DNA of 50,727 bases from Candidatus Zixiibacteriota bacterium (GCA_014728145.1 WJMC01000141.1:1-50727), one strand, 5' to 3'. Shown: positions 1-9,264, counted from the stretch's first letter. The notes: generated by a model from the letters alone, not told the origin. Numbers and translations are program-made.

Positions 1-267
1 ATACTGAATAAATCCAATGCCGCCCGGATGATCTCCGGATTCGTGACTTTAAAACCTGGCGAAGAAGTCGGCATCCACAACACCGAGGACTACGAAGAGC
101 TGATTGTGGTACTGGAAGGCTCGGGCGTGGTCGTAACCGAGAGCGATGGTGAGCGCGCGGTCAGAATCGGCCAGGTGGCCTACAATCCTCCCCATTCCGA
201 ACACAATGTCAAAAATTCAGGTAAGAGCCTTTTGCGTTATATTTATATCGTTTCTAAAGCTGACTAG
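1..267 (+). CDS. cupin-fold protein, C-terminal part (ORF open to the left window edge; first in-window ATG at 28)
   Basis: Two cupin motifs are visible in the translation ('GEEVGIHNTEDYEELIVVLEG' and 'NPPHSEHNVKNSG'). Frame 1 has no stop between nt 1 and 28, so the gene may start outside the window. Confidence 0.6.
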   Translation: MLNKSNAARMISGFVTLKPGEEVGIHNTEDYEELIVVLEGSGVVVTESDGERAVRIGQVAYNPPHSEHNVKNSGKSLLRYIYIVSKAD

Positions 268-358
268 ATCGCCTACTTTATCTTCATCCTCATGATGAGT
301 TAAACTGTAAGCCAAGAAATCCTCCAATCCAAATATCATCAACATACCCAATGACTCC

Positions 359-862
359 ATGGAAATCAGCGATATGCCGATTGATCTGGATAAATTCAAC
401 ATCTACGGTCGAGATGAAAATGCTGAAACACCAATTCTTATTGGATTTACAGGAAAACAGGAAGACTTAGAAAGGCTCGGAATAAGATTAGACTGGATCT
501 CGGAGACTACTATATCGACATCTATTAAACTTAAGATGTTACCACTTTTATGTCAAGTTAAGGGAGTACAAAGAATCAAATCTCAACCTATACCAGACTT
601 GGAACTAAATTACAGCACAGACGATATCAATTGTGTTTATTCAAATGTACAGACGAATTTGAAAGTGAGTGGCGACAGTGTTATAGTTGGAATAATCGAT
701 GGCGGTCTGGATTGGCTGCATGAGGACTTCATAGATTCCAGCGGAAACACGAGAATACGCTATTTCTGGGATCAAAGCGACTCATCGGGACTAAATCCCA
801 TAAATCCCGCCTTCAATTTCTTCAGTAAACACTCAAATATACTCTTTCACAAACACTGTTAA
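359..862 (+). pseudogene. truncated N-terminal fragment of a subtilisin-like (S8) serine peptidase
   Basis: 'VIVGIIDGGLDWLHEDF' matches the S8 catalytic-Asp motif and 'IRYFWDQS' is typical of S8 enzymes. The ORF stops after 167 aa, before any His or Ser catalytic motif. Only about 120 nt remain before the next gene. The segment is visibly AT-richer than its neighbours. Confidence 0.5.
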
Positions 863-920
863 GCTATGATGTTTATCTAAATATCAATTAAATACTTTGT
901 CTACCCAACAGGTGGGATTA

Positions 921-946
921 TAAAAAACCGCCCTTTCGAGCGGTTT
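921..946 (-). terminator. rho-independent terminator downstream of pilT
   Basis: Minus strand reads AACCGC-tcgaaagg-GCGGTT followed by TTTTTATAAT. It lies 37 nt after the pilT stop. Confidence 0.5.
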
Positions 947-982
947 GCATTTTTATCAAATCTATGCGGATATGTATGCGAT

Positions 983-2098
983 TTATTCCGTCTGGCTGGG
1001 TTCCCAGTCGTTCCAGCCCCGGTCCGAAGCGGCCGTGATTCCCTTCAATCTCAAATCGAAATCATCAGGATTAGTCGCCTGGGTCATCGCCTCCTCATAG
1101 GAAATAACCCCGTTGCGATAGAGCTTCATAATCGACTGGTCAAACGACTGCATACCATATTGTACACCGCCCGACTCGATCAAATCCTGGATCTCCATCG
1201 TCCGATCCGGCTTGATCAGACATTCCCGGATCGACCCCGTCGAAACCATCACCTCCACCGCCGGAACTCGTCCCGGACGGTCAGCCCGTGACAACAGTCT
1301 CTGGCAGATGATCGATTTCAGGGTTCCCGCCAGAAGCAGGCGGATCTGCTGGTGCTGATGGGGCGGGAAAAACGAAATAATTCGCGAGACAGTCTCGATC
1401 ACATTCATGGTATGCAGAGTGGTCAGCACAAAGTGCCCGGTATCGGCCGCCGATAAAGCAGTCGACATCGTATCGGCATCACGAATCTCACCGATCAGGA
1501 TCGTATCCGGATCCTGGCGGAAAGCGTGGCGCAGAGCCGAAGTAAACGAAGGCGTGTCTCCGCCGACTTCACGTTGCGAGACGATACTTTCCTTATCCCG
1601 GTAAATATATTCAATCGGGTCCTCGATCGTCAGGATATTGTCCTTGCGGTTGCCGTTGATATGCTCAATCATCGAGGCCAGTGTAGTCGATTTACCCGAA
1701 CCGGTGGTCCCGGTAACGATCACCAATCCGCGGCGATTCTCGGCGATCTTCTTGATAATCGGCGGAAGATACAATTCCTCAAAAGTCGGTACAGTAGTGT
1801 TGACCGCGCGCAGGGCGATACCGATCGTGCCACGCTGGCGAAAGAGGTTGATCCTGAACCGTCCCAGCTTGGCTACCGACAACGCCAGATCCATCTCGTT
1901 TCTGGCCAGAAATCGCTTCTGCTGTTCTGGGGTTAATATCTGGTTGATGACCTCATTTAGATCATCCTTGGACATCGGCGCAGTATTGATCGGTGTCAAT
2001 ACACCATCGACACGCAAAGTGGGCCTGATTCCCACACGGATATGCAAATCGGAGGCGCCCTTGGAAAGCATCTCCACCAGCATCTGGCGCAGATTCAT
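983..2098 (-). CDS. pilT: type IV pilus retraction ATPase PilT
   Basis: Contains Walker A 'GTTGSGKST', Walker B 'ILIGEIRD', His box 'TGHFVLTTLHT' and the N-terminal 'ASDLHIRVG..P..RVDG' motif. The ATG at 2098 sits 7 nt after GGAGG. The track's start at 2104 is a TTG two codons upstream. Confidence 0.85.
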   Translation of the reverse strand: MNLRQMLVEMLSKGASDLHIRVGIRPTLRVDGVLTPINTAPMSKDDLNEVINQILTPEQQKRFLARNEMDLALSVAKLGRFRINLFRQRGTIGIALRAVNTTVPTFEELYLPPIIKKIAENRRGLVIVTGTTGSGKSTTLASMIEHINGNRKDNILTIEDPIEYIYRDKESIVSQREVGGDTPSFTSALRHAFRQDPDTILIGEIRDADTMSTALSAADTGHFVLTTLHTMNVIETVSRIISFFPPHQHQQIRLLLAGTLKSIICQRLLSRADRPGRVPAVEVMVSTGSIRECLIKPDRTMEIQDLIESGGVQYGMQSFDQSIMKLYRNGVISYEEAMTQATNPDDFDLRLKGITAASDRGWNDWEPSQTE

Positions 2099-2137
2099 AC
2101 ACAAACCTCCCCGGGATGTAAGCGATAGTTATTTAGA

Positions 2138-2674
2138 TCAGGTGGGATCGACCAGAAACAGGGTCTGCCCGAATTCCACCGGCTGACCATTTTCGACCAG
2201 CCGCTTGACAACTTTGCCCGATACCTCCGATTCGATCTCGTTCATCAGCTTCATAGCCTCGACAATACAGACGACTGTGCCCTTCTGGACATTGCCACCC
2301 ACTTCCACATACGGCGGAGCGCTCGGCTCCGGCGAGATGTAGAACGTGCCGACCATCGGAGATTTTACCGGTACATAATTATCATCGGCAGATTCGGTTT
2401 TCTCTGCAACCGGTGCGGGTTCTTTTTGTTGCGGAACCGCCGCGGGAGGAGGTGAGGAAACTTCGGATGGTGCTGAAACCGGTGCCGGTTCCATACGCTG
2501 AGAAACAGCCGGGACATTGATCTCGGTCGCGCCTCGATTCTTGCCATGGCCGTTCGAGCCCGACGCGAAACGCTTAATTATCTTAACCTTTCGTCCCCAG
2601 CGGGTTACCTCGAGTTGAGCGATATCGGATTCTTCAACCAACTTGACCAGTTTTCTTATCTGTGACTCAAACAT
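2138..2674 (-). CDS. accB: biotin carboxyl carrier protein of acetyl-CoA carboxylase
   Basis: C-terminal biotinyl-lysine motif 'CIVEAMKLMNEIESE', a Pro/Ala-rich linker, and N-terminal 'IRKLVKLVEESDI'. The ATG at 2674 is preferred over the GTG at 2683. Confidence 0.9.
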   Translation of the reverse strand: MFESQIRKLVKLVEESDIAQLEVTRWGRKVKIIKRFASGSNGHGKNRGATEINVPAVSQRMEPAPVSAPSEVSSPPPAAVPQQKEPAPVAEKTESADDNYVPVKSPMVGTFYISPEPSAPPYVEVGGNVQKGTVVCIVEAMKLMNEIESEVSGKVVKRLVENGQPVEFGQTLFLVDPT

Positions 2675-2690
2675 AGCAACCACCCATTTA

Positions 2691-3761
2691 TTACAGTTCG
2701 ATAAGTTCTTTTTCAGCCTTGTTCAAAATCAGGCTCTTGTTCTTCTTGATAACGACATCATCCTCGATCCGGACTCCTCCCCAGTCAGGAATATACACTC
2801 CCGGCTCGATCGTAATGACCATATTCGATTTCAGTTCCGTTTCGGAACGGTTTGAAACCGCGGGTTTGTCGTGAACCACCACCCCGAGGCCATGACCGAG
2901 GCCATGACCGAAATACTTACCATAGCCGGCCTTGTCGATCATCTTACGTACTTTTTCGTCCAGGTCTTTGGCCATAATCCCGGCTTTGGCATAACGGCAT
3001 CCAGCCTTCTGCGCCTTGAGCACGAGATTATACACCTTTTTCTGTTTCGAAGTTGCCTTGCCCAGAACGATAGTACGGGTCATGTCGGAATGATAACCAT
3101 TGTAAATCGCCCCGAAATCCATGGTGATGAAATCACCTTTCTCGACCTTCTTGTCGGAAGCTACTCCATGAGGCATGGCAGAACGATAGCCGGAAGCGAC
3201 GATTGTATCGAAAGCGGGATTGGAAGAACCCAGCATCTTCATCTGGTATTCCAGTTCGGCGGCAATTTCATTTTCACGAACACCCGGCTCGATTATATTT
3301 AGAATCCTCTCGAAGGCGGCGTCGGAAATCTTGACTGCCTCTTTGATATCATTGATTTCGCTTTGTGTCTTGGTGATCGATAATTCACCGACCAGATCTT
3401 CCGCGGGAATAAAAACCGTATGAGGCAACAGCTGGCGGAGCTGTTCCAGCATACCGAAAGTCAGGTCACCCGACTGGAAGCCGATCTTGATATTTTTCTT
3501 TTGAAGCGGTTTGAATTCCGGAAAATCCATTACCGGGTCTCGCTGACCGATCTCTATTTTGGCCCCTTTGACCTGTTGGGCAGATTGATCTTTGTAACGG
3601 AAATCTGTAAAGAAATAAGATTGAGTCGGAAATACCAGAACCTTTGCCGACGATCCGGAAAAACCAGTCAGGTACCTGATATCTGTAATCCGTGTAACCA
3701 GCAGGCAATCAAGATTGTCCCGCTTAACAAGTTTCTGTAGTTTTTTCAAATTCTGTACCAT
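2691..3761 (-). CDS. M24B Xaa-Pro aminopeptidase/dipeptidase
   Basis: Creatinase-like N domain plus metal-ligand motifs 'DFGAIYNGYHSDMTRT', 'HGLGHGLGVVVHD', 'ITIEPGVY' and 'GGVRIEDDV'. Confidence 0.85.
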   Translation of the reverse strand: MVQNLKKLQKLVKRDNLDCLLVTRITDIRYLTGFSGSSAKVLVFPTQSYFFTDFRYKDQSAQQVKGAKIEIGQRDPVMDFPEFKPLQKKNIKIGFQSGDLTFGMLEQLRQLLPHTVFIPAEDLVGELSITKTQSEINDIKEAVKISDAAFERILNIIEPGVRENEIAAELEYQMKMLGSSNPAFDTIVASGYRSAMPHGVASDKKVEKGDFITMDFGAIYNGYHSDMTRTIVLGKATSKQKKVYNLVLKAQKAGCRYAKAGIMAKDLDEKVRKMIDKAGYGKYFGHGLGHGLGVVVHDKPAVSNRSETELKSNMVITIEPGVYIPDWGGVRIEDDVVIKKNKSLILNKAEKELIEL

Positions 3762-3764
3762 GAT

Positions 3765-4370
3765 CTAATTCTCCAGTGATTCCAGCAATTCCTCAATCCG
3801 CTTGTTATCGGGTTGCCGTTGTAAAATCTGTTTGCACATCCTTTTAGCCTGGTTTTTATGTCCCTGGCGAATAAACAGCTTGACCATTGTCAGAGTCGCA
3901 AACTCTCCTTTTAAAGCAGTATCATCGGATTTCGTACTTTTAGGCCTCGCTTTGGGCTCAGGTTTCAGCTCGATTTTAGAAATTTCCCTGAAATCAACCT
4001 GACCCAGCGGATCAAGTTGACTTACCTGTTTTAAATACGACCTTGCCAGTGCATGTTCCCCGGTTTCCATATAAATCCTGCCAACCAGCTCAAGCGCGGC
4101 GGGATGTTCCGGGAGAATCTGCAGAGTCCGAAGCAGGTAATCTAAGGCCTTCTCCTTTTTATCGAGCGTATAATAGACTTTACCCAGCATCCAATACAGG
4201 GTTGGGTAACCGTCAAAATCGTTAAGATGTTCCTTTAATACATCTAAAGCCTTCTGGCACTCATCTCTCGACAGGTGTACATCAGCTAACCGGGCAAAAG
4301 CTTCCGGCAGTAACCGTTCGCATTCAGCTATATCCTCAACTCGTCCCCTGATAAATGTAAGCTTCGCCAC
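3765..4370 (-). CDS. TPR-repeat protein
   Basis: Repeated 34-aa A/L/Y-pattern helices ('YWMLGKVYYTLDKKEKALDYLLRTLQILPEHPAA', 'GRIYMETGEHALARSYLKQVSQLDP'). GTG start. Spaced 3 nt from the next gene. Confidence 0.6.
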   Translation of the reverse strand: MAKLTFIRGRVEDIAECERLLPEAFARLADVHLSRDECQKALDVLKEHLNDFDGYPTLYWMLGKVYYTLDKKEKALDYLLRTLQILPEHPAALELVGRIYMETGEHALARSYLKQVSQLDPLGQVDFREISKIELKPEPKARPKSTKSDDTALKGEFATLTMVKLFIRQGHKNQAKRMCKQILQRQPDNKRIEELLESLEN

Positions 4371-4426
4371 GACCTGCCTTTCCGGGTCAAAGTTAAGTTT
4401 ACGTTAGTTTAGTGTCAAGTAAAACT

Positions 4427-5899
4427 TTAGCTCTCGGAATTGGCCACGATCCGATTTATTATCTCGGTGGTAGACAATCCCGGCTGAAGTTTCACCCGTA
4501 CGACCTTTCCCCCGTTATTTTTGACCTGTTCCGCTCCGACTATTTCCGATATGGCGTAATCCGCACCCTTGGCGAGGATGTCCGGTTTGATATTTTTAAT
4601 CAATTCCAGCGGAGTTTCATCGTCAAAAGGGATCACGTAATCGACCGCCTCTAAAGCGGCCAGCACCCTGCTTCGGTCGGTATACGGTATAATCGGTCTT
4701 TCCGGTCCCTTGATCCGGTGGACCGAGCGGTCAGAATTCAAACCGACTATCAATATGTCGCCCAGCTTTTTACAATCGGTCAGAAGCTTTATATGACCGT
4801 AATGCAGGAGATCAAAAACTCCGTTTGTGAAAACAACTTTTTTGTCTTTCCATTGAGGTTTCAATGCCAGCAGTCTTTCCAGGCTGACAATTTTCCCGCT
4901 GGCCTCCCCTTTCAGGTAGCGCTTGATCTGGCTAAACAACTCAAACCTGCTGACCTGAGCTGTTCCCAGCTCCTCCACCACCATACCGGCCGCCTGGTTC
5001 GAAATAAACGCCGCCTCCGGCAGACTCGCCCCGGACGCGACCGCCGAGGTAAATGCGGCGATAACAGTGTCGCCGGCTCCGGTAACATCGAAAACCCTGC
5101 GTGCGACAGTATTGAGATAAGTCACCTGGCCCTCCTTTTCGAACAAAGCCATACCTTCGGCACCGCGTGTGATCAATATCGATTGGGCATTGAGTTCATC
5201 CAATAGCCCCCGGCCGACCTCCTGCAGATCATCGTCGGTGCGGATTTTTCTGCCGTAGGCAAACCCGGCTTCATGGTGGTTTGGCGTAATCACTGAAACA
5301 TCACGGTATGACCTGAAGTTGACGTCCTTGGGATCGACCGCCACGAAAATATCTTTTTTGCGACAGAGCCTGATGATTTCCTCCAGCAATCCGGGGGTGA
5401 TAACTCCCTTACCGTAATCGGATATTATAACACTGCTAATATCCGCCAGGCAGGCCTTGAAATTATCTATAAGCTTCTTTTCAACCTGCTCGGAAACCGG
5501 TCCGACCAGTTCATCATCAGCCCGTACAACCTGTTGATTTGAGGCGATTATCCGTGTTTTGACCGTTGTAGGTCGATTATCATCAACTACGATGTTAGAA
5601 AAGTCGATACCCCTGCTCTCCAAAAGCGAGTTGAACATGTTCGATTCAGAATCATGTCCGTAAACACCCAGCAAAACCGGCTCATCCCCCAGCCTCTTGA
5701 TATTCAACGCGACATTGGCCGCGCCGCCCAGACGCAATGTTTCATCGCGGATTTCCACAACAGGGACCGGCGCTTCGGGCGAAATCCTCTGCACATCACC
5801 GATCAGGTAGCGATCCAGCATCAGGTCGCCAATAATCACTATCTTACTGCGGCCGAAGTCAGCAAACAGCTGTTCTACGCGTAATTCGTCTATGTCCAT
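4427..5899 (-). CDS. hldE: bifunctional D-beta-D-heptose 7-phosphate kinase / D-beta-D-heptose 1-phosphate adenylyltransferase
   Basis: N-terminal PfkB-type kinase ('GGAANVA', 'DVTGAGDTV') fused to a C-terminal cytidylyltransferase ('VFTNGVFDLLHYGHIKLL'). Confidence 0.9.
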   Translation of the reverse strand: MDIDELRVEQLFADFGRSKIVIIGDLMLDRYLIGDVQRISPEAPVPVVEIRDETLRLGGAANVALNIKRLGDEPVLLGVYGHDSESNMFNSLLESRGIDFSNIVVDDNRPTTVKTRIIASNQQVVRADDELVGPVSEQVEKKLIDNFKACLADISSVIISDYGKGVITPGLLEEIIRLCRKKDIFVAVDPKDVNFRSYRDVSVITPNHHEAGFAYGRKIRTDDDLQEVGRGLLDELNAQSILITRGAEGMALFEKEGQVTYLNTVARRVFDVTGAGDTVIAAFTSAVASGASLPEAAFISNQAAGMVVEELGTAQVSRFELFSQIKRYLKGEASGKIVSLERLLALKPQWKDKKVVFTNGVFDLLHYGHIKLLTDCKKLGDILIVGLNSDRSVHRIKGPERPIIPYTDRSRVLAALEAVDYVIPFDDETPLELIKNIKPDILAKGADYAISEIVGAEQVKNNGGKVVRVKLQPGLSTTEIINRIVANSES

Positions 5900-5975
5900 C
5901 TCTTTATACCTTTTTTGAGGTTGACTTTGACTTAAATTGTAATACTTTTACCTCAAAACTTCAAGGAGGAAATCA

Positions 5976-6290
5976 ATGCAACAGCCTCAGGGCAGGCCGC
6001 AAAAGATTCAAGTCGAGATGGGGGATAAGCTTCCTGACGAGGTCTATTCCAACCTGCAATTTATAAATTTTTCCCCTGCGGAATTTATTGTTGACTTCGC
6101 GCGCTTCTCCCCGGGCCATACCAAAGCAAGGATTCATGCCCGGATTATAATCAACCCTACAACAGCTAAGGGACTTTTGAAAAACCTCGAGAACGCGGTT
6201 TCCAAATATGAAAACCAGTTCGGTGAAATAAAACTCTTTGGCCAGCAGGATAAAACCATCGGCTTCCAGTCACCTGACAAAGCCGAATGA
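5976..6290 (+). CDS. DUF3467-family small protein
   Basis: 'YSNLQFINFSPAEFIVDFARFSPG...ARIIINPTTAKGLLKNLENAVSKYENQFGEI' matches the DUF3467 pattern as I recall it. AGGAGG lies 7 nt upstream of the ATG. Confidence 0.6.
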   Translation: MQQPQGRPQKIQVEMGDKLPDEVYSNLQFINFSPAEFIVDFARFSPGHTKARIHARIIINPTTAKGLLKNLENAVSKYENQFGEIKLFGQQDKTIGFQSPDKAE

Positions 6291-6356
6291 TAATAATTTC
6301 TTGTAGCGAATATAAGTGATCTTATCTCGTGCATATATACGGAAAGGAAATTTAAT

Positions 6357-8105
6357 ATGGCAGAGGGCAAAATTGGCGCATTCACATTTGTTCTGCATTC
6401 CCATCTACCGTACGTGCTTTCGCATGGGCGCTGGCCGCATGGTACCGACTGGCTCAATGAGGCCTGTGCCGAAACCTATATTCCGATTCTGGATATGATC
6501 CATGAACTTGTCGACGAGGGCATTTCGCCTAAATTGACGATCGGGATTTCACCTGTTCTCTGCGAGCAACTGGGGCATAAATCATTCAAAAATGAATTTT
6601 GTGGTTACCTTGAAAACAAAATCCAGGCCGCCAATACGGACCGTGAAGTCTTCGACCGCCATGGCGACACGCATATGCTTCAGCTGGCCGAAATGTGGCA
6701 AAATTTCTATACCCGTACCAAAATTCACTTCGAAAAAAACTATCGCCATAACCTGCCCGAAGCGTTCAAAAAACTCCAGGACGACGGCCATATCGAAATT
6801 ATGACCTGCGGTGCAACTCATGGTTATATGCCGCTTTTGTCGCAGGACACGACGGTCCAGGCCCAGGTCAAACAGGCGGTGCAGTCCTATGAGAATTTCT
6901 TCGGATGTAAACCGCGCGGGATCTGGCTCCCCGAATGCGCTTACCGTCCACGCTATGAATGGGGTCCCCCGGTTGAAACCGACGCTCTCGGTAGCAGTCC
7001 CTATCTGCGTAAAGGTGTGGAGGAATTCCTGTCTGAAAACGGGATCGAATATTTCGTTATTGACAGCGCTCTGCTCAAAGGCGGGAAGGCAATCGGTGTC
7101 TATATCGATCGCTTCGATGCGCTCCAGAGACTCTGGGGCCAGTTCGAAAAAGGTTACAAACCCAGAAAAGAAAGCACCGAACGCTCCCCGCACGAGATCT
7201 ACCTGGTCTCCTCCGGGGACAGCAATAAAAAGCCGGTGGCGGTCTTCACGCGCGACCCTGATACCGGCCTGCAGGTCTGGTCGGGCGAACATGGTTATCC
7301 CGGCGACGGCAATTACCTCGATTTCCATAAAAAGCGGTTCCCCGGAGGCCATCGCTACTGGAGAGTAACTTCTCCCAAATCCGACCTGGCCGACAAGAAA
7401 GAATACAGTCCGGAAAAAGCCGCCCAGCGCATTCCGGAAAACGCCGGCCATTTCAAGTCACTTATTAAGGAAATCCTGACCCAGCACTACGGCAATTCCG
7501 TCAAACCCGGTTTCCTGTGTGCGCCGTTTGACTGCGAACTGTTCGGCCACTGGTGGTTCGAGGGTGTCAACTTCCTGAAACTGGTGGTTCAGTATGTTCA
7601 GCAGGATGAGAATATCGAGCTGGCAACCTGTAGTGAATACCTGGACCAGGCCAAACCGACCGATGTAATCTCGATTCCCGAGGGAAGCTGGGGCCAGGGA
7701 GGTTATCATTATATATGGCTGAACGAATGGACTGACTGGACCTGGAAACATATTTATCCCGATGAGCTCAAGATGAGTGAGCTGGCACGCAAATATGGTG
7801 ATTCAGACGACGATAAACTTCACAATATCCTCAAGCAGGCGGCGCGTGAATTGATGCTTCTGTGCGCCTCCGACTGGCAGTTTTTGATATCGACCTGGGC
7901 CGCACGTGATTACGCCGAAATGAGGCTGGCTGAACATCACGCCCACTTCAGGCGCCTGGCAAATATGGCTGAAGCCTACGCCGAAGGCCTAGATGTCGAC
8001 AAAGAAGACTGGACGTTTTTAGGCGACCTGGAATCGCAGGACAACATCTTTCCGAATATCGAACCAAAATGGTTCGCCGAAGTCGAATTCCCGGCTGATT
8101 CCTGA
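6357..8105 (+). CDS. GH57-family 1,4-alpha-glucan branching enzyme-like protein
   Basis: N-terminal 'FTFVLHSHLPYV..HGRWPHGTDWLNEACAETYIPILD', 'GIWLPECAY' (nucleophile-Glu region) and 'FDCELFGHWWFEG' are hallmarks of GH57 branching enzymes with the C-terminal helical (DUF1957-type) domain. Confidence 0.8.
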   Translation: MAEGKIGAFTFVLHSHLPYVLSHGRWPHGTDWLNEACAETYIPILDMIHELVDEGISPKLTIGISPVLCEQLGHKSFKNEFCGYLENKIQAANTDREVFDRHGDTHMLQLAEMWQNFYTRTKIHFEKNYRHNLPEAFKKLQDDGHIEIMTCGATHGYMPLLSQDTTVQAQVKQAVQSYENFFGCKPRGIWLPECAYRPRYEWGPPVETDALGSSPYLRKGVEEFLSENGIEYFVIDSALLKGGKAIGVYIDRFDALQRLWGQFEKGYKPRKESTERSPHEIYLVSSGDSNKKPVAVFTRDPDTGLQVWSGEHGYPGDGNYLDFHKKRFPGGHRYWRVTSPKSDLADKKEYSPEKAAQRIPENAGHFKSLIKEILTQHYGNSVKPGFLCAPFDCELFGHWWFEGVNFLKLVVQYVQQDENIELATCSEYLDQAKPTDVISIPEGSWGQGGYHYIWLNEWTDWTWKHIYPDELKMSELARKYGDSDDDKLHNILKQAARELMLLCASDWQFLISTWAARDYAEMRLAEHHAHFRRLANMAEAYAEGLDVDKEDWTFLGDLESQDNIFPNIEPKWFAEVEFPADS

Positions 8106-8132
8106 CATAAAACTAACAGAGTAATGATTTAC

Positions 8133-8171
8133 AGTTTCCGGTAAAAAATATCTTTACCGGAAACTTTTTTG
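8133..8171 (+). terminator. rho-independent terminator after the GH57 gene
   Basis: Perfect 13-bp stem AGTTTCCGGTAAA / TTTACCGGAAACT with a 7-nt loop, followed by TTTTTT. Confidence 0.8.
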
Positions 8172-8255
8172 TTGTGGTTTTCGTTAATACCAGACTATAA
8201 AGATCGTGTTTGCATATTATCGTTGTTAAAATCATACTATCTATCCGGAGGAAAG

Positions 8256-8828
8256 ATGAAGTATCTCGAATTATTGTTTGCTTTTTCGATGGTGTTCTGC
8301 GTGTTTGGCGCGATGGCTATCGCCGACAATCACCAGCAAGATGTGCAGCAACAGGCGGGTGCCATGGGTGCTCCGCCGGAGATGAAGGAATGCCGGATGC
8401 TGATCGGCGACTGGGATGTTGTGCAGAAATGGAAAATGGATCCGACTTCCGACGAATGGATGACCGAGGAGGGCACCAGCACTTTTGAATATGCCCTCGA
8501 CGGAGCAACCGTCATCCAGCATTTCGAGTCGCAGATGATGGGGATGCCGTTTGCAGGACTCGGTATGACCTGCTTCAACCGTGAAACCGGCATGTGGCAG
8601 ACAAGCTGGGTCGATAATATGGGTGCCCAGATTATGCTGATGGAAGGCGATATGCACGATGATAAGATGGTTTTGGATGGTACCGGTTTATGGAACGGCC
8701 AGAAGTACTGGGCCAGGGTTTCATTCTATAATATGACCGACGACCGCTTCGAGTGGAGTTATGAAATGTCTATGGACGGTAAAAACTTTGTCCAGACCGG
8801 CCACATGGTGTACTCGAAAAAGAAATAA
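8256..8828 (+). CDS. exported methionine-rich DUF1579-like protein
   Basis: The ATG at 8256 is preceded by GGAGGAAAG. Signal peptide 'MKYLELLFAFSMVFCVFGAMAIA'. The body ('MMGMPFAGLGMTCFNRETGMWQTSWVDNMG...RFEWSYEMSMDGKNF') resembles DUF1579. The track's start at 8169 is an unsupported upstream extension. Confidence 0.55.
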   Translation: MKYLELLFAFSMVFCVFGAMAIADNHQQDVQQQAGAMGAPPEMKECRMLIGDWDVVQKWKMDPTSDEWMTEEGTSTFEYALDGATVIQHFESQMMGMPFAGLGMTCFNRETGMWQTSWVDNMGAQIMLMEGDMHDDKMVLDGTGLWNGQKYWARVSFYNMTDDRFEWSYEMSMDGKNFVQTGHMVYSKKK

Positions 8829-8840
8829 GATTCCCGGAGT

Positions 8841-8875
8841 AAAAAAGGCGGGGTGGATCATCCCGCCTCTTTTAG
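8841..8875. terminator. bidirectional terminator between convergent genes
   Basis: AAAAAA-GGCGGG-gtggatcat-CCCGCC-TCTTTTA. The GC stem is flanked by an A-tract and a T-tract, between the stop at 8828 (+) and the stop at 8876 (-). Confidence 0.6.
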
Positions 8876-9244
8876 TTAATTCTGCGACCAGAGTCCGATA
8901 ATATTTCCTCCCGGGTCTTTAAATAATGCTATATATCCATGTTCGGGTGATATCTGGGTCTTGTCACTGAGGATTTCAGTTCCGGCATCTCTCAGCTTCG
9001 CCAGCATCGCTTCCATATCCTCCACCTTCAAATAGAAGTAGTTCTGGGTGGTGTTCGGCTCGCCGGCTGTTGAAAAACCTCCCGCTCCACCATGAGTATC
9101 CTGCCAGAGAGCATAGTCGGGCATCACACCAACATCAACTTTCCAGTTAAATATCTCGGTGTAGAACTTGGCGCTTTTCTCCAGATCGGGCGCATGAATC
9201 TCCAGGTGACAGATCATTCCGTCGGGCATTTTTTCCATAGACAT
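8876..9244 (-). CDS. VOC / glyoxalase-bleomycin resistance family protein
   Basis: 'ICHLEIHAPDLEKSAKFYTEIFNWKV' and 'GYIALFKDPGGNIIGLWS' are typical paired beta-alpha-beta-beta-beta VOC modules. AGGAG SD site. Confidence 0.75.
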   Translation of the reverse strand: MSMEKMPDGMICHLEIHAPDLEKSAKFYTEIFNWKVDVGVMPDYALWQDTHGGAGGFSTAGEPNTTQNYFYLKVEDMEAMLAKLRDAGTEILSDKTQISPEHGYIALFKDPGGNIIGLWSQN

Positions 9245-9264
9245 TTCAGCTCCTTGTTAAAACA

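Noticed and set aside
2105-2137. accB followed by pilT instead of accC (and no efp between the aminopeptidase and accB), considered as a rearrangement scar
   Set aside because: accB/accC separation occurs in many genomes. No repeats or remnants are visible in the 33-nt spacer, so it is not informative on its own.
1407-2186. Long antisense or alternative-frame ORFs throughout the track, for example 1407-2186 (+), 6582-7451 (-), 8210-8657, 18124-18924 (+), 30142-33697 (+, several), 35584-36414 (+), 37676-38092 (+), 45405-47021 (+), 49101-50025 (+)
   Set aside because: They lie opposite or out of frame to ORFs with clear family signatures. Their composition is low-complexity or Arg/Ser/Pro-biased, and they lack SD sites. 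These are shadow ORFs.
5921-5933. Identical 13-mer TTGACTTTGACTT upstream of the DUF3467 gene (5921-5933, +) and upstream of the B12 riboswitch (17133-17145, -), considered as a shared regulatory motif
   Set aside because: In 50 kb on two strands, tens of chance 13-mer matches are expected. At the first locus, no sensible -10 spacing follows either hexamer.
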